This document shows positions 38,298 through 49,899 of a DNA stretch of 58,445 nucleotides, piece by piece; position 1 is the first letter of the stretch; each line of letters opens with the position of its first letter. The DNA is from Nemertoderma westbladi. Taxonomy: Eukaryota; Animalia; Xenacoelomorpha. Location: assembly GCA_032718475.1 (NCBI GenBank), contig JAUCBJ010008991.1:1-58445 (forward strand), written 5' to 3'. Made by a program: the position numbers and the translations under genes. The notes under the pieces are model-generated. The model saw only the letters and a list, made by a program, of their open reading frames with translations, had not been told where the DNA came from and did not search any database.

Positions 38298-39563
38298 TCC
38301 ACGAAGCTAAGGAAAATCAACTACTTTCGCTAAGAAAGATTTTCCTTAGCTGAGATGGTCTATTCATAGTGGGCTATTTTACTTGTATGGAGCAGATTTG
38401 GTTTTTTTTGACCGGTGAAAAAACTAGCCTTTAAAAGTACCCTGAAATTTTGCATGTATATACTACTCGTCGAGGCGCATCTTTTGGGCTGGGTCTCATA
38501 TCCAGGAAAAATCTGGTTTCCATGGCAACGGACTTAGAAAAAAGTCTATGTATTTCAAGTCAATATTTAAAACTCTATTTGTAGGAAAACTATAATAGAT
38601 ATAAACTTGGGGTTTCTCAACACAACTATAAGGTCCATAGCAGAGCCGATTGAGGTTAAATAGAAAATCCAGTTACCTTGGCAACCGGGCTAGACAGATG
38701 TTAAAATTTATAAAATGTTAATTTGAAGCCTAAGGTTAAGGTGTTATGACTTGGGACCAACCCCTACCCCCACTATATAACTTATTCTGCATCCGAATTA
38801 CATTGTTCTATTTTTCAGTTACCATGACAACCGCTGAAAACAGATGTTTTTATTCAAAACTTAATCATTTGGACATAGACTTCACGATAAAATTTTACAA
38901 AACTGGGTGTGTTATCTGGACCACTCGTTGGAACTTTTAGTGAAACTTAAATTATTCCAGAAATTTAGTTACCACGGTAACTGTAGTTTATTAAACTCTA
39001 TATCATTCAAATTTATATTGATAACTCTATTTGTAGCAAAACTGTATTGTATTTAAACTTGGGGTTTTGCAACTCATCTATAAGGTCCATATACAAGCCG
39101 TTTGAGGTTAATTAGAAAATACAGTTACCATAGCAACAAGTCTAAACAGATGTTAAAATTTATAAAATGATAATTTAAAGCACAAGTTAATAGTATTATG
39201 ACTTGGGACTAACCCCTACCCCCACTATATGACTTATTCTGCATCCGAATTACATTGTTCTATTTTTCAGTTTCCATGACAACCACTGCAAACAGATGCA
39301 TTTTGATAGAAAATCGGTAATTTGGACATAAACTACAATATTTTCGGAAACTCAGTATATGTGTTATCTGAACCACAATCTGTACTGATTTTTTTTTCAA
39401 AGGTTAAAGCAACAGTTCCAGAGAACTCTAGTTTCCATGGGAATAGAAGTTAATTATTGACAATTGCTACTAAACTGAGGCTAAGCAACGAACCAAAGTG
39501 TGGCCGTTTGTTTAATTTTCCTTAGCTTCGTGGTTGCATTTCCTTTAGGAAATGCCTTTCTCG
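38298..39563 (+). mobile_element. Nested complete HINE at TTA^TAC
   Basis: Flanks GATGTTTTTA | TACAAAAATAAC rejoin. Confidence 0.88.
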
Positions 39564-40018
39564 TACAAAAATAACTCATTTGGACATAGACTTCGCGATA
39601 AAATGTTACGAAACTGGATATGTGTTATCTGGACCACTAGTTGGAACTTTTAGTGAAACTCAAAACATTCCAGAAATATCTTGTAACCATGGTAACTGGA
39701 GTTTATTAAAGTCTATATCATTCAAGTCTAAATTCAATACTCTATTTGTAGCAAAATCCACGAAGCTAAGGAAAATCAACTACTTTCGCTAAGAAAGATT
39801 TTCCTTAGCTGAGATGGTCTATTCATAGTGGGCTATTTTACTTGTGTGGGGCAGATTTGGTTTTTTTTGTTTCCGGAAAAAACTAGCCTTCTAAAAGTAG
39901 TCTAGGGCCCACTTGCCTCAAGGCTAACGCAGTACAGCAGTAACAATACAGTAGGCCTGCTACAGCCTAGTGCTGCCAGTCAGATGAGTAATTTCAAAAT
40001 TATTCTCCTGCCACACGT

Positions 40019-41877
40019 ATGAATACACAACCAGTGACCGAAGGCTCAGTTAGCTCTGAAAACAAGGGGAAAAAAAAGATACGGTGCCGAAGGGGACAAA
40101 GGGACAAAGGTTCCAAAGAGACACCGATAATAAACTCAGTATATAACAATCTCAGTACGAAACGGTCATTCTCCGAAACCGATAACGTCCCCCGTGCAAA
40201 ACGACGGAGAATTGATCATTGTTTAAATCTTCTGCAAGCCTTTCGCGACACTCCCGTAAGCCAGTCCTCCATTCAGGCAAAAAATCGGACCAACGAACAC
40301 GGGTTAAAGGCCCCACTCACAATCGGTACATCTAAAAATTTCAACTTCGCTCCATTGATGGTTAATGAAGTCAATCCAGAGCTTCCGGTAATTCTGTCGG
40401 GAATCGAAAACGTAAACTCGCCGAACGGTTCTAAAAAGGTAGTAACAAAAATGACAAACTCAGCAAAAAAAAATAAGCAGAAAAATAAAAGTGAAAAGGA
40501 AACTAAAGGTGGCAGTGGCCCTTTGGGTGCCTTCTTCCTCCCTTCCCATCCGACAACGAATGCGAGTGACACGGAACAAGAAGTCTCCGAGCCACAACTC
40601 AAAAACGATAGCGTCGAGGGAATCTCCACCCCGTTAGCGAATGTCGAGCACAATAAGGTCTTTGGAGAGGATGCGATCCCCCCCCCCCCGACAGTGCCGA
40701 TGGGCTGAGCGAGCCTATAAACCCCCCCTATACAAACCCCGCTAGTCTCGACAAACAACTATCGAGCGAGGAATCTCTTGAATCGCTAATTAGGAATTTG
40801 GGTACCCAAATGAACACCCAGACGAACACGCTTCGAGGTGACATGAAACTTCAGGCATCCGAAATTAAGGAACAGATTGTGACCCTAAAAAAGGAATTTC
40901 GAAAAGAAATCAATGAGGTTATAGAGTCTGTCGACTTCAACAGCAATTCAATTCAGGAGACAAACGAAGCACTCGCTTCCTCAATTCAACACAATCAAGC
41001 TGAGAATCGGGAAACTAGAAGACAAATTCTATCCAACGAGGTTAGGTTCTGTAAATGGAACTTAATAATATTCGGAGTCGAAGGAAACCAAAGAGAAAGT
41101 CACGAAAAATCAAAAGCGTCACTCGCGCGTTTAGCTGAAAGACTCGAACTTCCTCTTCCCATTGTCGCCAACTGTCACAGAATTTCCGGAAAGATAAACG
41201 CCCCACTATTCGTTCGTTTCATCCAGTTGGATGAGGTAATGGCGTGGTCACAAGCAATTGGTAATAAGAAAATCTCTCTGATTAATAACACACAAGTTAC
41301 AGCAACCCGTGATCTCCCCAAGTGCCTCCTTCCTCTACGAAAGGAACTAGTTCAAATGCGAAAAAATTTGGATCCGGATCAACGCAAAGAAACAAAAATT
41401 CACATCAACGAGAACTTTTACCCTTTTGTTTTCCTAAAAAAATCGGATGGCTCAATGCTCTCTCCACAGATGGATCCCAAGCTTCCAACAATCCCTGCAG
41501 CCATAAAGATACCGCATCAAATAAGTAATGAACGCATGGAATGGCTCAACATCCCAAAATCCAACGAGGTAGATCAATCGGTTCGACAAAAGGTTCCACA
41601 GATCCCGAGCTCAGTACCACATGAAGGCGACGACATTCACGGAGAAAGTGAAGGCTTCGCAGGGAGTCGAGAAAGACAACGAGGTCTCGGCCGTTCCCGT
41701 GATGGCTCCCAAAGCCAATTTCAGAGACAGCACGCACCGCGCAGACGAGGGCTACAATCCTCTGATTGGGGATACAATCCTCACGATGGTAATAGATACT
41801 ATCGAGGTGGTTATAGTAGCGACCATAACGGATGCATGAATGGAAGGGATGGTGGCTACTACAGTAGTTTATATTAA
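40019..41877 (+). CDS. L1 ORF1p (basic disordered N-terminus, coiled coil, RRM-like domain, RGG/Y-rich tail); ~619 aa if joined across the C12 run at 40678-40689
   Basis: Track ORFs 40019-40708 and 40798-41877 overlap in open frames over 40657-40708. Motifs NLIIFGVEG, CHRI and PLFVRF are typical of the L1 ORF1 RRM. Confidence 0.8.
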
Positions 41878-41986
41878 ATTCGAGTAGGTCAACCCCTTGA
41901 TACTCATTTAAGAATATTCCCATGTAGATTGGTCTAAATTACCGAATTTACAAATACTTTTGAAATAGGTTAATGGACTAATCTCA

Positions 41987-42709
41987 TTGTTAGATTTAGC
42001 AGCCGAAGGTAGAATACATAATTCTGATGCAGAATCCAAGTACGAACTGGCTTTCTATGCACTGGCAAATGGCAGGCCTCAGTTATTTTTCAGTTATTTT
42101 CTTTCCGTTTTTGTATTTAGTCAGAGTTGCTGTTTTTTTGGTTTATTCCATTTTTGTTTTTTTTTGTTTCACATTGCGAAAGAATACTGTGCGACTGTTT
42201 GTGCGGAAATAATCCTGCCAAAGGCATTATTAATTTTGTCGGCAGCGAACTGGTTGAACTCCATTATGATTATAGTGGACAAATACAGCTCGATTTCTGC
42301 ATTTCCTCTTATTTTTTTTTTACTGAACTCCCATATTGTATTAGTATTAAATTTAAATACTTTTTTTTGCTATGCCATAAAAATACTCCTCCATCTCTCC
42401 ACAATAATTGTTATATCGCTATACTCAAAAATCAATATGAATTTTCAGTACAGCAGCAGCGCCATAAATGTTTTTGATGTGAAGTTTGCATTCGACCCAA
42501 GTGTCTACGTCCCTTTATTTGTACATGTACACTATTTTTTTATCCTTTTTTTCATGCAAGGTTTTAATATTAAACTATCAGCAATAGATTTCGAAACAGC
42601 AGAAAATGATGGCAATATTTTCCTACACCAGCAATTTAAGTATCGAAATGTTCAACGAATTACTCAAAGAATTATCCAATTTTTTTTTCCTTTAAAAGAT
42701 ATGAACTAA
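41987..42709 (+). other. Hydrophobic 240-codon open frame in the inter-ORF region, in frame with ORF2; coding status uncertain
   Basis: Stop-free from 41969 to TAA at 42707-42709, 12 nt before the ORF2 ATG. F/I/L-rich. No recognisable homology. Confidence 0.35.
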
Positions 42710-42721
42710 TACAAACTCATT

Positions 42722-45700
42722 ATGGCGAATACTCCTATTAATATTGTATCTCTAAATTGTAGAGGGTTACAAAAAACTATCAAAAGAAAGGTTGTCTTTG
42801 ACAAACTGACTGCCAAAAATTTTGATATCTGCCTGCTCCAAGAAACTCACAGCTCCGACTCAGACTGCGAAGCCTGGTCGAAGCAGTGGAAGGGCCATAC
42901 CGTTTTTACCAAAAAAAGTTCACAAAGTGTTGGGGTAGCGATCCTTTTTAACGAAAATTTACAATATAAAATAATTAAAAAAATCGTTGACCCTTCAGGA
43001 AGATTCATTATTCTAGATGTCGATATAAATAGTACAATTCTGACCCTTGTAAATATTTATAACTTTAATATTGATTCTAGTGTTCTGATTAAACAAATAA
43101 AAAACGAAATGTTAAACTGTTTCGAAAGTGTAAACGTTATATGGGCGGGAGATTTCAACTGCGTCTTAGACATCACCAAGGACAAATTCGGTGGAGCTCC
43201 AAAGACAAATGAAAAAGTACGTTGTGAGGTCTTAGAAACTATGGAAAATATTAATTTAATCGATATATATCGGTCACTGCACCCAAATGGTATTTCCTTT
43301 TCACATAGACAAAAAGTATTCCAAGGATGGGTACGTACACGAAAAGATTTTTTTCTCGTTTCAAGTTCGATTGCATCTGTCACTAGTAAATGCGGATCAG
43401 TATCCGGATTTTACAGTGACCATTCGGCGGTTTTTTTACAATTCGAAATACCAAATAACTGGACAAACAGGAAAAAGGGACCCGGGTTCTGGAAACACAA
43501 TAATTCTTTACTAACTGATGAAGATTACATATGCCTTGTCAAAACAACCATCTCGGATACAGTGACCGAATATAAAGATAATATAAACCCACATTTAAGG
43601 TGGGAAATGATAAAGTTAAATGTTCGAACAAAGGCTATAAGCTATGGCATTAATAAAAATAAGGAAAAGCACAAAAAACGAAATAGGTTAGAAATTGAGA
43701 TCGAAAATTTTCACAGAAGAGAAAAATTTCTTTCAAACAGCGAAATGCAATCATATCAAAATGCTCAAAATAACCTTATTAAATTAGAAGAAAACGAGGC
43801 CCAAGCCTCAATGTTTCGGGCAAAATTACAAAATTATAATGCTGGAGAAAAACCAACGAAATTTTTTCTCAATTTAGAAAAAAGTAAATCAAAAAATAAT
43901 ACTATTCATAGCCTTAAAACGAAAAGGGGTGAAAGTGTAACATCTGACAAGGAAATTCTCAATGAAGCAGTACAATTTTATAGTGATTTATACCAGTCTA
44001 AAAAATTTAATCATTGTCCGATCCTCAGAGATGAACAATCGTCAGCATTTTTCACAAAATGTGCCAACTTACCAAAACTTGATGAAATGTCAAAAAATTT
44101 TCTAGACAAAAATATATCAGAGCTCGAATGTTTGACTGCCTTAAAGGAAATGTCAAATGGGAAAAGTCCTGGTGGTGACGGGTTCCCTACAGAATTTTAT
44201 AAATTTTTTTGGACAGACATAAAAAAATATGTATATGAAAGTTTCCTTTTCTCGTTTGAAGAACAATCTTTATCAGTATCACAGCGTCAAGGTATCATGT
44301 CCCTTTTCCCAAAAAAGGACAAAATACCATCTTTAATAGAAAATCGCAGACCGATCACTCTACTAAATACCGACTATAAAATCTTGAGCAAAGCCCTAGC
44401 CTCTCGAATGAAAACCGTCTTGGTAGCGATAATAAATTCAGACCAAACGGGCTCTGTAAAAGGCCGTTACATTGGTGAAAATATAAGACGCATAATCGAC
44501 ACAATGGATATTCTTGATAATAGTGAACAATCCGGCCTAGTTGTGATGGCCGATTTTCAAAAAGCATTTGATTCTGTAGAATGGGATTTCTTGGAACAGG
44601 CATTGAAACATTTCAATTTTCCAGACTCTTTTCTCACTTGGTTTGGCATTTTATATAACAACAATTTTAAGTTAGTGATTCAAAATAACGGTTATTTATC
44701 AAAATCTTTTGTTGCTTCAAGAGGTGTTCGTCAAGGATGTCCGTTATCGGCATATTTGTTTGTATTAGCTGTTGAAATACTTGCTGGGGTAGTTAGGAAT
44801 ACACATGAAATTAAAGGACTGCAAATGGGGAACAGCAATAATATAATTTCACAGTATGTGGATGATACCAATTTTTTTCTACAAGCATCTGCCGAATCGC
44901 TTATGGCTCTAATGGAGATCCTAGGGGTTTTCGGAAATATTTCTGGCTTAAAGCTAAACAAATCAAAAACAGAGGTAACTTGGATTGGCTCCATGAAAAA
45001 CAGAGCCAGCAAGATCTGTCCACAGCTAAGGCTCAAGTGGTTAATTCCCGGAGAGCCTTTCAAAATCCTCGGGATTCTACTTTCTACAAATATTTCCTCC
45101 ATTGAATGCTTAAATTTTCCTGACGCCTTGGAAAAGGCAAAAAAAATAGTAGAAATTTGGTCACGCCATAAACTCTCTTTATTGGGTCAGATATGCATCG
45201 CAAAAACTTTGGTGCTCTCAAAATTTACATATTTATTTGCATGTCTTGAAAACCCATCAGTGAACATGCAAAAAAATATCTCAGACCTATTAGACAAATT
45301 CATCTGGGCTGGAAAACCGCCAAAACTTAAAAAAGCAGTAATGATTAACTTATATGAAGTTGGTGGTGCACAAATCCCCGACTTAAGTACCTTCATAGAA
45401 AGTCAAAAAGTTAAATGGATTCAAAAACTCATAGAAAATAGTCATTCGGTGTGGAAAACACTCGCCTGCACGCAACTCGGGGATAGTGTTGCCAAAAATT
45501 TAAAATGGTTTGTAAATTTACTTCCAGATGATATAAAAAATATCAAGGTGTGTAAAGGTAATTTCTGGTGCAACGTCTTAACTGTCTGGTGCCGAATAAA
45601 TTATGCAGTCAGAAACGGCATTGACAATGATGATTTTGTTAACTATCAAACTATATGGTTAAACTCCAATATTAAAATTGATAGTAAACCACTTTTTCAT

Positions 45701-46549
45701 CAACAATGGATAAATAAAGGTATTTTTTTTATCCATAACATCAGAAACCTCCAACAAAACAGATTTCTTTCCTTTATTGAATTACAAGAAAAATTCAATG
45801 TTTCCAAAAAAGACCATTTTTTCTACATGAGTGTAGTGGACGCCATTAATACTCAGTTAAGAACTGCGCTCAAAAAACAGGTACTTGGAGCTTCTGCGCC
45901 ACTCTCTATGAACATAATTAACAAAGGTCGACGATCAACAAATACGGCATACAAATTATTTATAGATCAAATTGGTGAAACAAACACAGTAGCAAGTCAA
46001 AAATGGTGCTTAGAGTTACACACTGATGTAGATAAAATTTTGTGGAACAAATTTTTTCAAATGGCCAAAACAAATTCACGTGAAGTGAAAATGTGGTCCT
46101 TTCAATTCAAGTTACTGCACCGTAGGTTACCCACAAACACTTTGCTATTTAAAATAGGCATTTCATCATCAAACCTTTGTTCTTTTTGTAAAACACTCGA
46201 GGAAACTTATTTACATCTTTTCTGGGAGTGTGAAACTGTGAAAAAATTAATTGATGAATTTAAATTGTGGTGGTTAAAAAACACAAAACAGTCATTAATT
46301 CTTACAAAGCTTTCAATGTTGTTTGGGTACCACACAAAAGTGCCGCCAATCATTAATTGCCTCCTACAGTTACTAAGATACTATATTTATTGCGAAAAAT
46401 TCCAAAATACTCCGGCTCTACAAATGTCTGTTTTTCTACATCATGTTCGAAAAAATTTCCTTTATGAAAACTACATCGCAGTTCAGGAATCAAAAATTTA
46501 CATTTTCGAGCAAAAATGGAAGCTAATCAATGATTACTTTTTAAGATAA
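42722..46549 (+). CDS. L1/Tx1 ORF2p: APE endonuclease + reverse transcriptase + C-terminal zinc-binding region (1275 aa)
   Basis: Endonuclease motifs SLNCRGL, LQETH, GDFN, SDH. RT motifs PGGDG, RPITLLNTDYKI, DFQKAFD, GVRQGCPLS, YVDD. C-terminal CSFC...HLFWEC. Confidence 0.97.
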   Translation: MANTPINIVSLNCRGLQKTIKRKVVFDKLTAKNFDICLLQETHSSDSDCEAWSKQWKGHTVFTKKSSQSVGVAILFNENLQYKIIKKIVDPSGRFIILDVDINSTILTLVNIYNFNIDSSVLIKQIKNEMLNCFESVNVIWAGDFNCVLDITKDKFGGAPKTNEKVRCEVLETMENINLIDIYRSLHPNGISFSHRQKVFQGWVRTRKDFFLVSSSIASVTSKCGSVSGFYSDHSAVFLQFEIPNNWTNRKKGPGFWKHNNSLLTDEDYICLVKTTISDTVTEYKDNINPHLRWEMIKLNVRTKAISYGINKNKEKHKKRNRLEIEIENFHRREKFLSNSEMQSYQNAQNNLIKLEENEAQASMFRAKLQNYNAGEKPTKFFLNLEKSKSKNNTIHSLKTKRGESVTSDKEILNEAVQFYSDLYQSKKFNHCPILRDEQSSAFFTKCANLPKLDEMSKNFLDKNISELECLTALKEMSNGKSPGGDGFPTEFYKFFWTDIKKYVYESFLFSFEEQSLSVSQRQGIMSLFPKKDKIPSLIENRRPITLLNTDYKILSKALASRMKTVLVAIINSDQTGSVKGRYIGENIRRIIDTMDILDNSEQSGLVVMADFQKAFDSVEWDFLEQALKHFNFPDSFLTWFGILYNNNFKLVIQNNGYLSKSFVASRGVRQGCPLSAYLFVLAVEILAGVVRNTHEIKGLQMGNSNNIISQYVDDTNFFLQASAESLMALMEILGVFGNISGLKLNKSKTEVTWIGSMKNRASKICPQLRLKWLIPGEPFKILGILLSTNISSIECLNFPDALEKAKKIVEIWSRHKLSLLGQICIAKTLVLSKFTYLFACLENPSVNMQKNISDLLDKFIWAGKPPKLKKAVMINLYEVGGAQIPDLSTFIESQKVKWIQKLIENSHSVWKTLACTQLGDSVAKNLKWFVNLLPDDIKNIKVCKGNFWCNVLTVWCRINYAVRNGIDNDDFVNYQTIWLNSNIKIDSKPLFHQQWINKGIFFIHNIRNLQQNRFLSFIELQEKFNVSKKDHFFYMSVVDAINTQLRTALKKQVLGASAPLSMNIINKGRRSTNTAYKLFIDQIGETNTVASQKWCLELHTDVDKILWNKFFQMAKTNSREVKMWSFQFKLLHRRLPTNTLLFKIGISSSNLCSFCKTLEETYLHLFWECETVKKLIDEFKLWWLKNTKQSLILTKLSMLFGYHTKVPPIINCLLQLLRYYIYCEKFQNTPALQMSVFLHHVRKNFLYENYIAVQESKIYIFEQKWKLINDYFLR

Positions 46550-46956
46550 AATCATCAAATCTATTGCTAGTATGTTTCGATTTGTAATAGTGCGGTTTTT
46601 TTTTTCCTTTTTTTTTCTGGTTTTTCTATCCTGTTCTGTGGGATTCCGAGTCCCAATAATAGTGCATTATATTATTATTATTATCTTACCTGCGCTACTT
46701 AAGCATTCAATACGGTAGCTATTAAGAACCTATGATGTTCTGGTTTTGTTTATTTTTTTATTTTTTTGTCATATCCATAAGGCGCTGCTGTAGGTTAAGT
46801 GCATTTATCCACACGGTAAAATATTGAAAAAAGTCATACCGGTACTTTTTGGTTACTTTTTGTGTAATTGCTTGCTGATTGCTTGTTGTGTAAAAATTTG
46901 TTATCTGTCGATGCGAATTTGAATTTAATTTGGACAATATATATGGACTGGAGAAG

Positions 46957-46997
<41 letters not shown>

Positions 46998-48891
46998 AGC
47001 CTTTAAAAGTACCCTGAATTTTTGCATGTATATACTACTCGACGAGGCGCATCTTTTGGGCCGGGTCTCATATCCAGGAAAAATCTGGTTTCCATGGCAA
47101 CGGATTTCAAAAAAAGTCTATGTATTTCAAGTCAATATTTATAACTCTATTTGTAGGAAAACTATAAAAGATATAAACTTGGGGTTTCTCAACTCAACTA
47201 TAAGGTCCATAGCAGAGCCGATTGAGGTTAAATAGAAAATCCAGTTACCTTGGCAACCGGGCTAAACAGATGTTAATATTTATAAAATGTTAATTTGAGG
47301 CCTAAGGGCAAGGTGTTATGACTTGGGACCAACCCCTACCCCCACTATATAACTTATTCTGCATCCGAATTACATTGTTCTATTTTTCAGTTACCATGAC
47401 AACCGCTGAAAACAGATGTTTTTATTCAAAACTTATTCATTTGGACATAGACTTCGCGATAAAATTTTACAAAACTGGGTATGTGTTATCTGGACCACTA
47501 GTTGGAACTTTTAGTGAAACTTAAATTATTCCAGAAATTTAGTTACCATGGTAACTGTAGTTTATTAAACTCTATATCATTCAAATCTATATTGATAACT
47601 CTATTTGTAGGAAAACTGTAATATATATAAACTTGGGGTTTTGCAACTAATCTATAAGATCCATATCCAAGCCGTTTGAGGTTAATTAGAAAATACAGTT
47701 ACCATAGCAACAAGTCTAAACAGATGTAAAAATTTATAAAATGATAATTTGAGGCTCAAGTTAATAGTATTATGAGTTGGGACCAACACCTACCCCCACT
47801 ATATGACTTATTATGCATAGGAATTACGTTGTTCTATTTTTCAGTTTCCATGGCAATGGCTGAAAACAGATGTTTTGACACAAAAATTTTTCATTTTGTA
47901 CATAGACTAAACGATAACATTCTCTAAAACTGGGTATGTGTTATCTGGACTACTATTTGGAACTTTTTGAAAAACTCAAAACTTCTAGAAATATCTAGTT
48001 ACCATGGTAACTGGAGTTTATTAAAATCTATTACATTAAAGTCTATACTATTAACTCTATTTGTACAAAAACCATAATAGATCGAAACTTGAAGTTTTTC
48101 AACTCAATGATAAGGACAATAGTTGCGCTTATTGAGGTCAATTAGAAAATTTAGTTACCAGGGCAACAAGGCTAAACAGATGTTCAAATTTATAAAATGG
48201 TTATTTAAACCATAACATTAAGATATTACAACTTGGGACCAACCCCTACCCCCACTATATCACTTATTCTACATCCAATTAACGTTGTTATATTTATCAG
48301 TTTCCAAGACAACCACTGCAAACTGATGTTTTAACAAAAATACATCTTTAATTTTGGACATCAACTACTCAATGAAACTTCCTGTGTAGAACCGAGCAGT
48401 TCTAGAAAACTCCAGTTGCCATGGTGATGGGAGTTTAATTAAGACATTGACTTTTAACTAGAACCAATGAACTGATGAGTCAAAGTGTGTTTAATTTTCC
48501 TTAGCTTCGTGGTTGCATTTTCTTTAGGAAATGCCTTTCTAGTAATGTAATAAATATAAATTTGGGGTTTTGCAACTCATCTGTAAGGTCCATCCACGAA
48601 GCTAAGGAAAATCAACTAATTTCGCTAAGAAAGATTTTCCTTAGCTAAGATGGTCTATTCATAGTGGGCTATTTTACTTGTATGGAGCAGATTTGGGGTT
48701 TTTTGACCGGTGAAAAAACTAGCCTTTAAAAGTACCCTGAAATTTTGCATGTATATAAAACTCATCAAGGCGCGTCGTGTGGGATGGGTCTCATATCCAG
48801 TAAGCAACCGAGGGTGGACTCTCTATAGCCGAGGGGCACTTGTATAATAACTAATAATCACGAACCCCGTCCTCTTATAATATATAACTCT

Positions 48892-49010
48892 GTAGTAGTC
48901 AGTAGTAGTAGTAGTAATAGTAGTTAGTAGTGGTAGTAAGTAGAATAAGAGTGAGAAAGAGAGAGAGAAAGAGAGAGAGAGTGAGAGGAAGTAGAGTAGA
49001 GTAGAATAAG
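48892..49010. repeat. (TAG)n and (GA)n microsatellite tract
   Basis: Directly visible. Confidence 0.85.
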
Positions 49011-49899
49011 ATACGGATTCATAATTATTTTATCAAACTCATGTACTACTTACTTCAATGTGCCAATTGTAATAATAATTAAACGTTATTAAAAATTACG
49101 CTGGGTTTGGCCCGATAAGATATTATACTGACGAATTTTATATTGATATATCCATGCGAGTAAACAAGAAGTGAAGTAAATGTTTATTATTTTAGTTTTA
49201 GAAATTGAGTAATATACCCAAGATAGTGAAATAGATAATATACCAGAAATTGCCATTTGATCAGATGTATCAAAGGGGCGTCTTTAGTATAATACAATTT
49301 ACTCTGTTATACAATGTAAATATACTAAATCTATTTATAAATATATTATGAGCCCTACATTGTATATTTCTCCTACAGGTAGACAATGTAGTATGTTAAA
49401 ACTTGATATAATTTGGTATAATGTATAACATATTACAAATAAGACTGAGGCAGCTAAACTATATTGCAAATAAATCAAATATCGTAAAGTAATATACTAG
49501 ACCCTCCCTCCACCCTATAAATAGTGTTCACCACCTACCCCACCCACCGCCCTTATTACTTCATAATAATGAAAGATAGTACTGGCGCTCCGGTCACTCC
49601 GTTCCCTCCGCTGGGGGGGTTAAGTAGTAGGTTCTGACACTATGCAAAATCCGAGCACAGAGTTAGAAGCGCATTGGATAGGCGAACATTTCTTGCAGTG
49701 AAAGTATTTCCATATCTGTTATAGTTTTCGAGATAGTCAGACATGAGTAGCAAAAATTTGAATTTTTTTCGGTAAAGTCTGATTTCACCGGTACCTGTCA
49801 TCCGAAATATGGATTGTGATATATCGTTGGATGCGGGTCCACTAACTGTACATTCACATATTTTCAAGGAAAAAATTCGATCAAGGGTTTTCGAAATAT

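Larger units (their letters stand above)
7350..38560 (+). repeat. Tandem segmental duplication of a ~10.8-kb ancestral block (copy A ~7350-23750, copy B ~23750-38560)
   Basis: Offsets between matching ORFs step 16397 -> 17651 -> 13971 -> 13299, as predicted to within 1 bp by private insertions of 1254, 3679 and 672 bp. The copy starting at 23484 is a chimera of two subtypes and marks the junction. Confidence 0.85.
39900..46995 (+). mobile_element. Apparently full-length L1/Tx1-clade non-LTR retrotransposon
   Basis: Short 5'UTR, ORF1, ~0.84-kb inter-ORF region, ORF2, ~0.4-kb 3'UTR and an A39 run (46957-46995, part may be TSD). TSD AAAAAACTAGCCTT, extending to TAAAAGTA if a 1-bp insertion is allowed, so the 5' end is 39891 or 39900. 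Confidence 0.93.
39757..48542 (+). mobile_element. Long HINE variant (~1.67 kb, three central repeats) at AAA^TAA, carrying the L1 insertion
   Basis: AACTCTATTTGTA at ~47143, 47597 and 48053; diverged 3' portion. Flanks GTAGCAAAA | TAATGTAA rejoin. Confidence 0.85.

Noticed and set aside
40273-45396. Antisense and alternate-frame ORFs overlapping L1 ORF1/ORF2
   Set aside because: Shadows of the real coding frames, with no recognisable motifs.
46758-47235. Poly-Phe and poly-Lys ORFs
   Set aside because: Translation of the L1 poly(A) tail and adjacent HINE.
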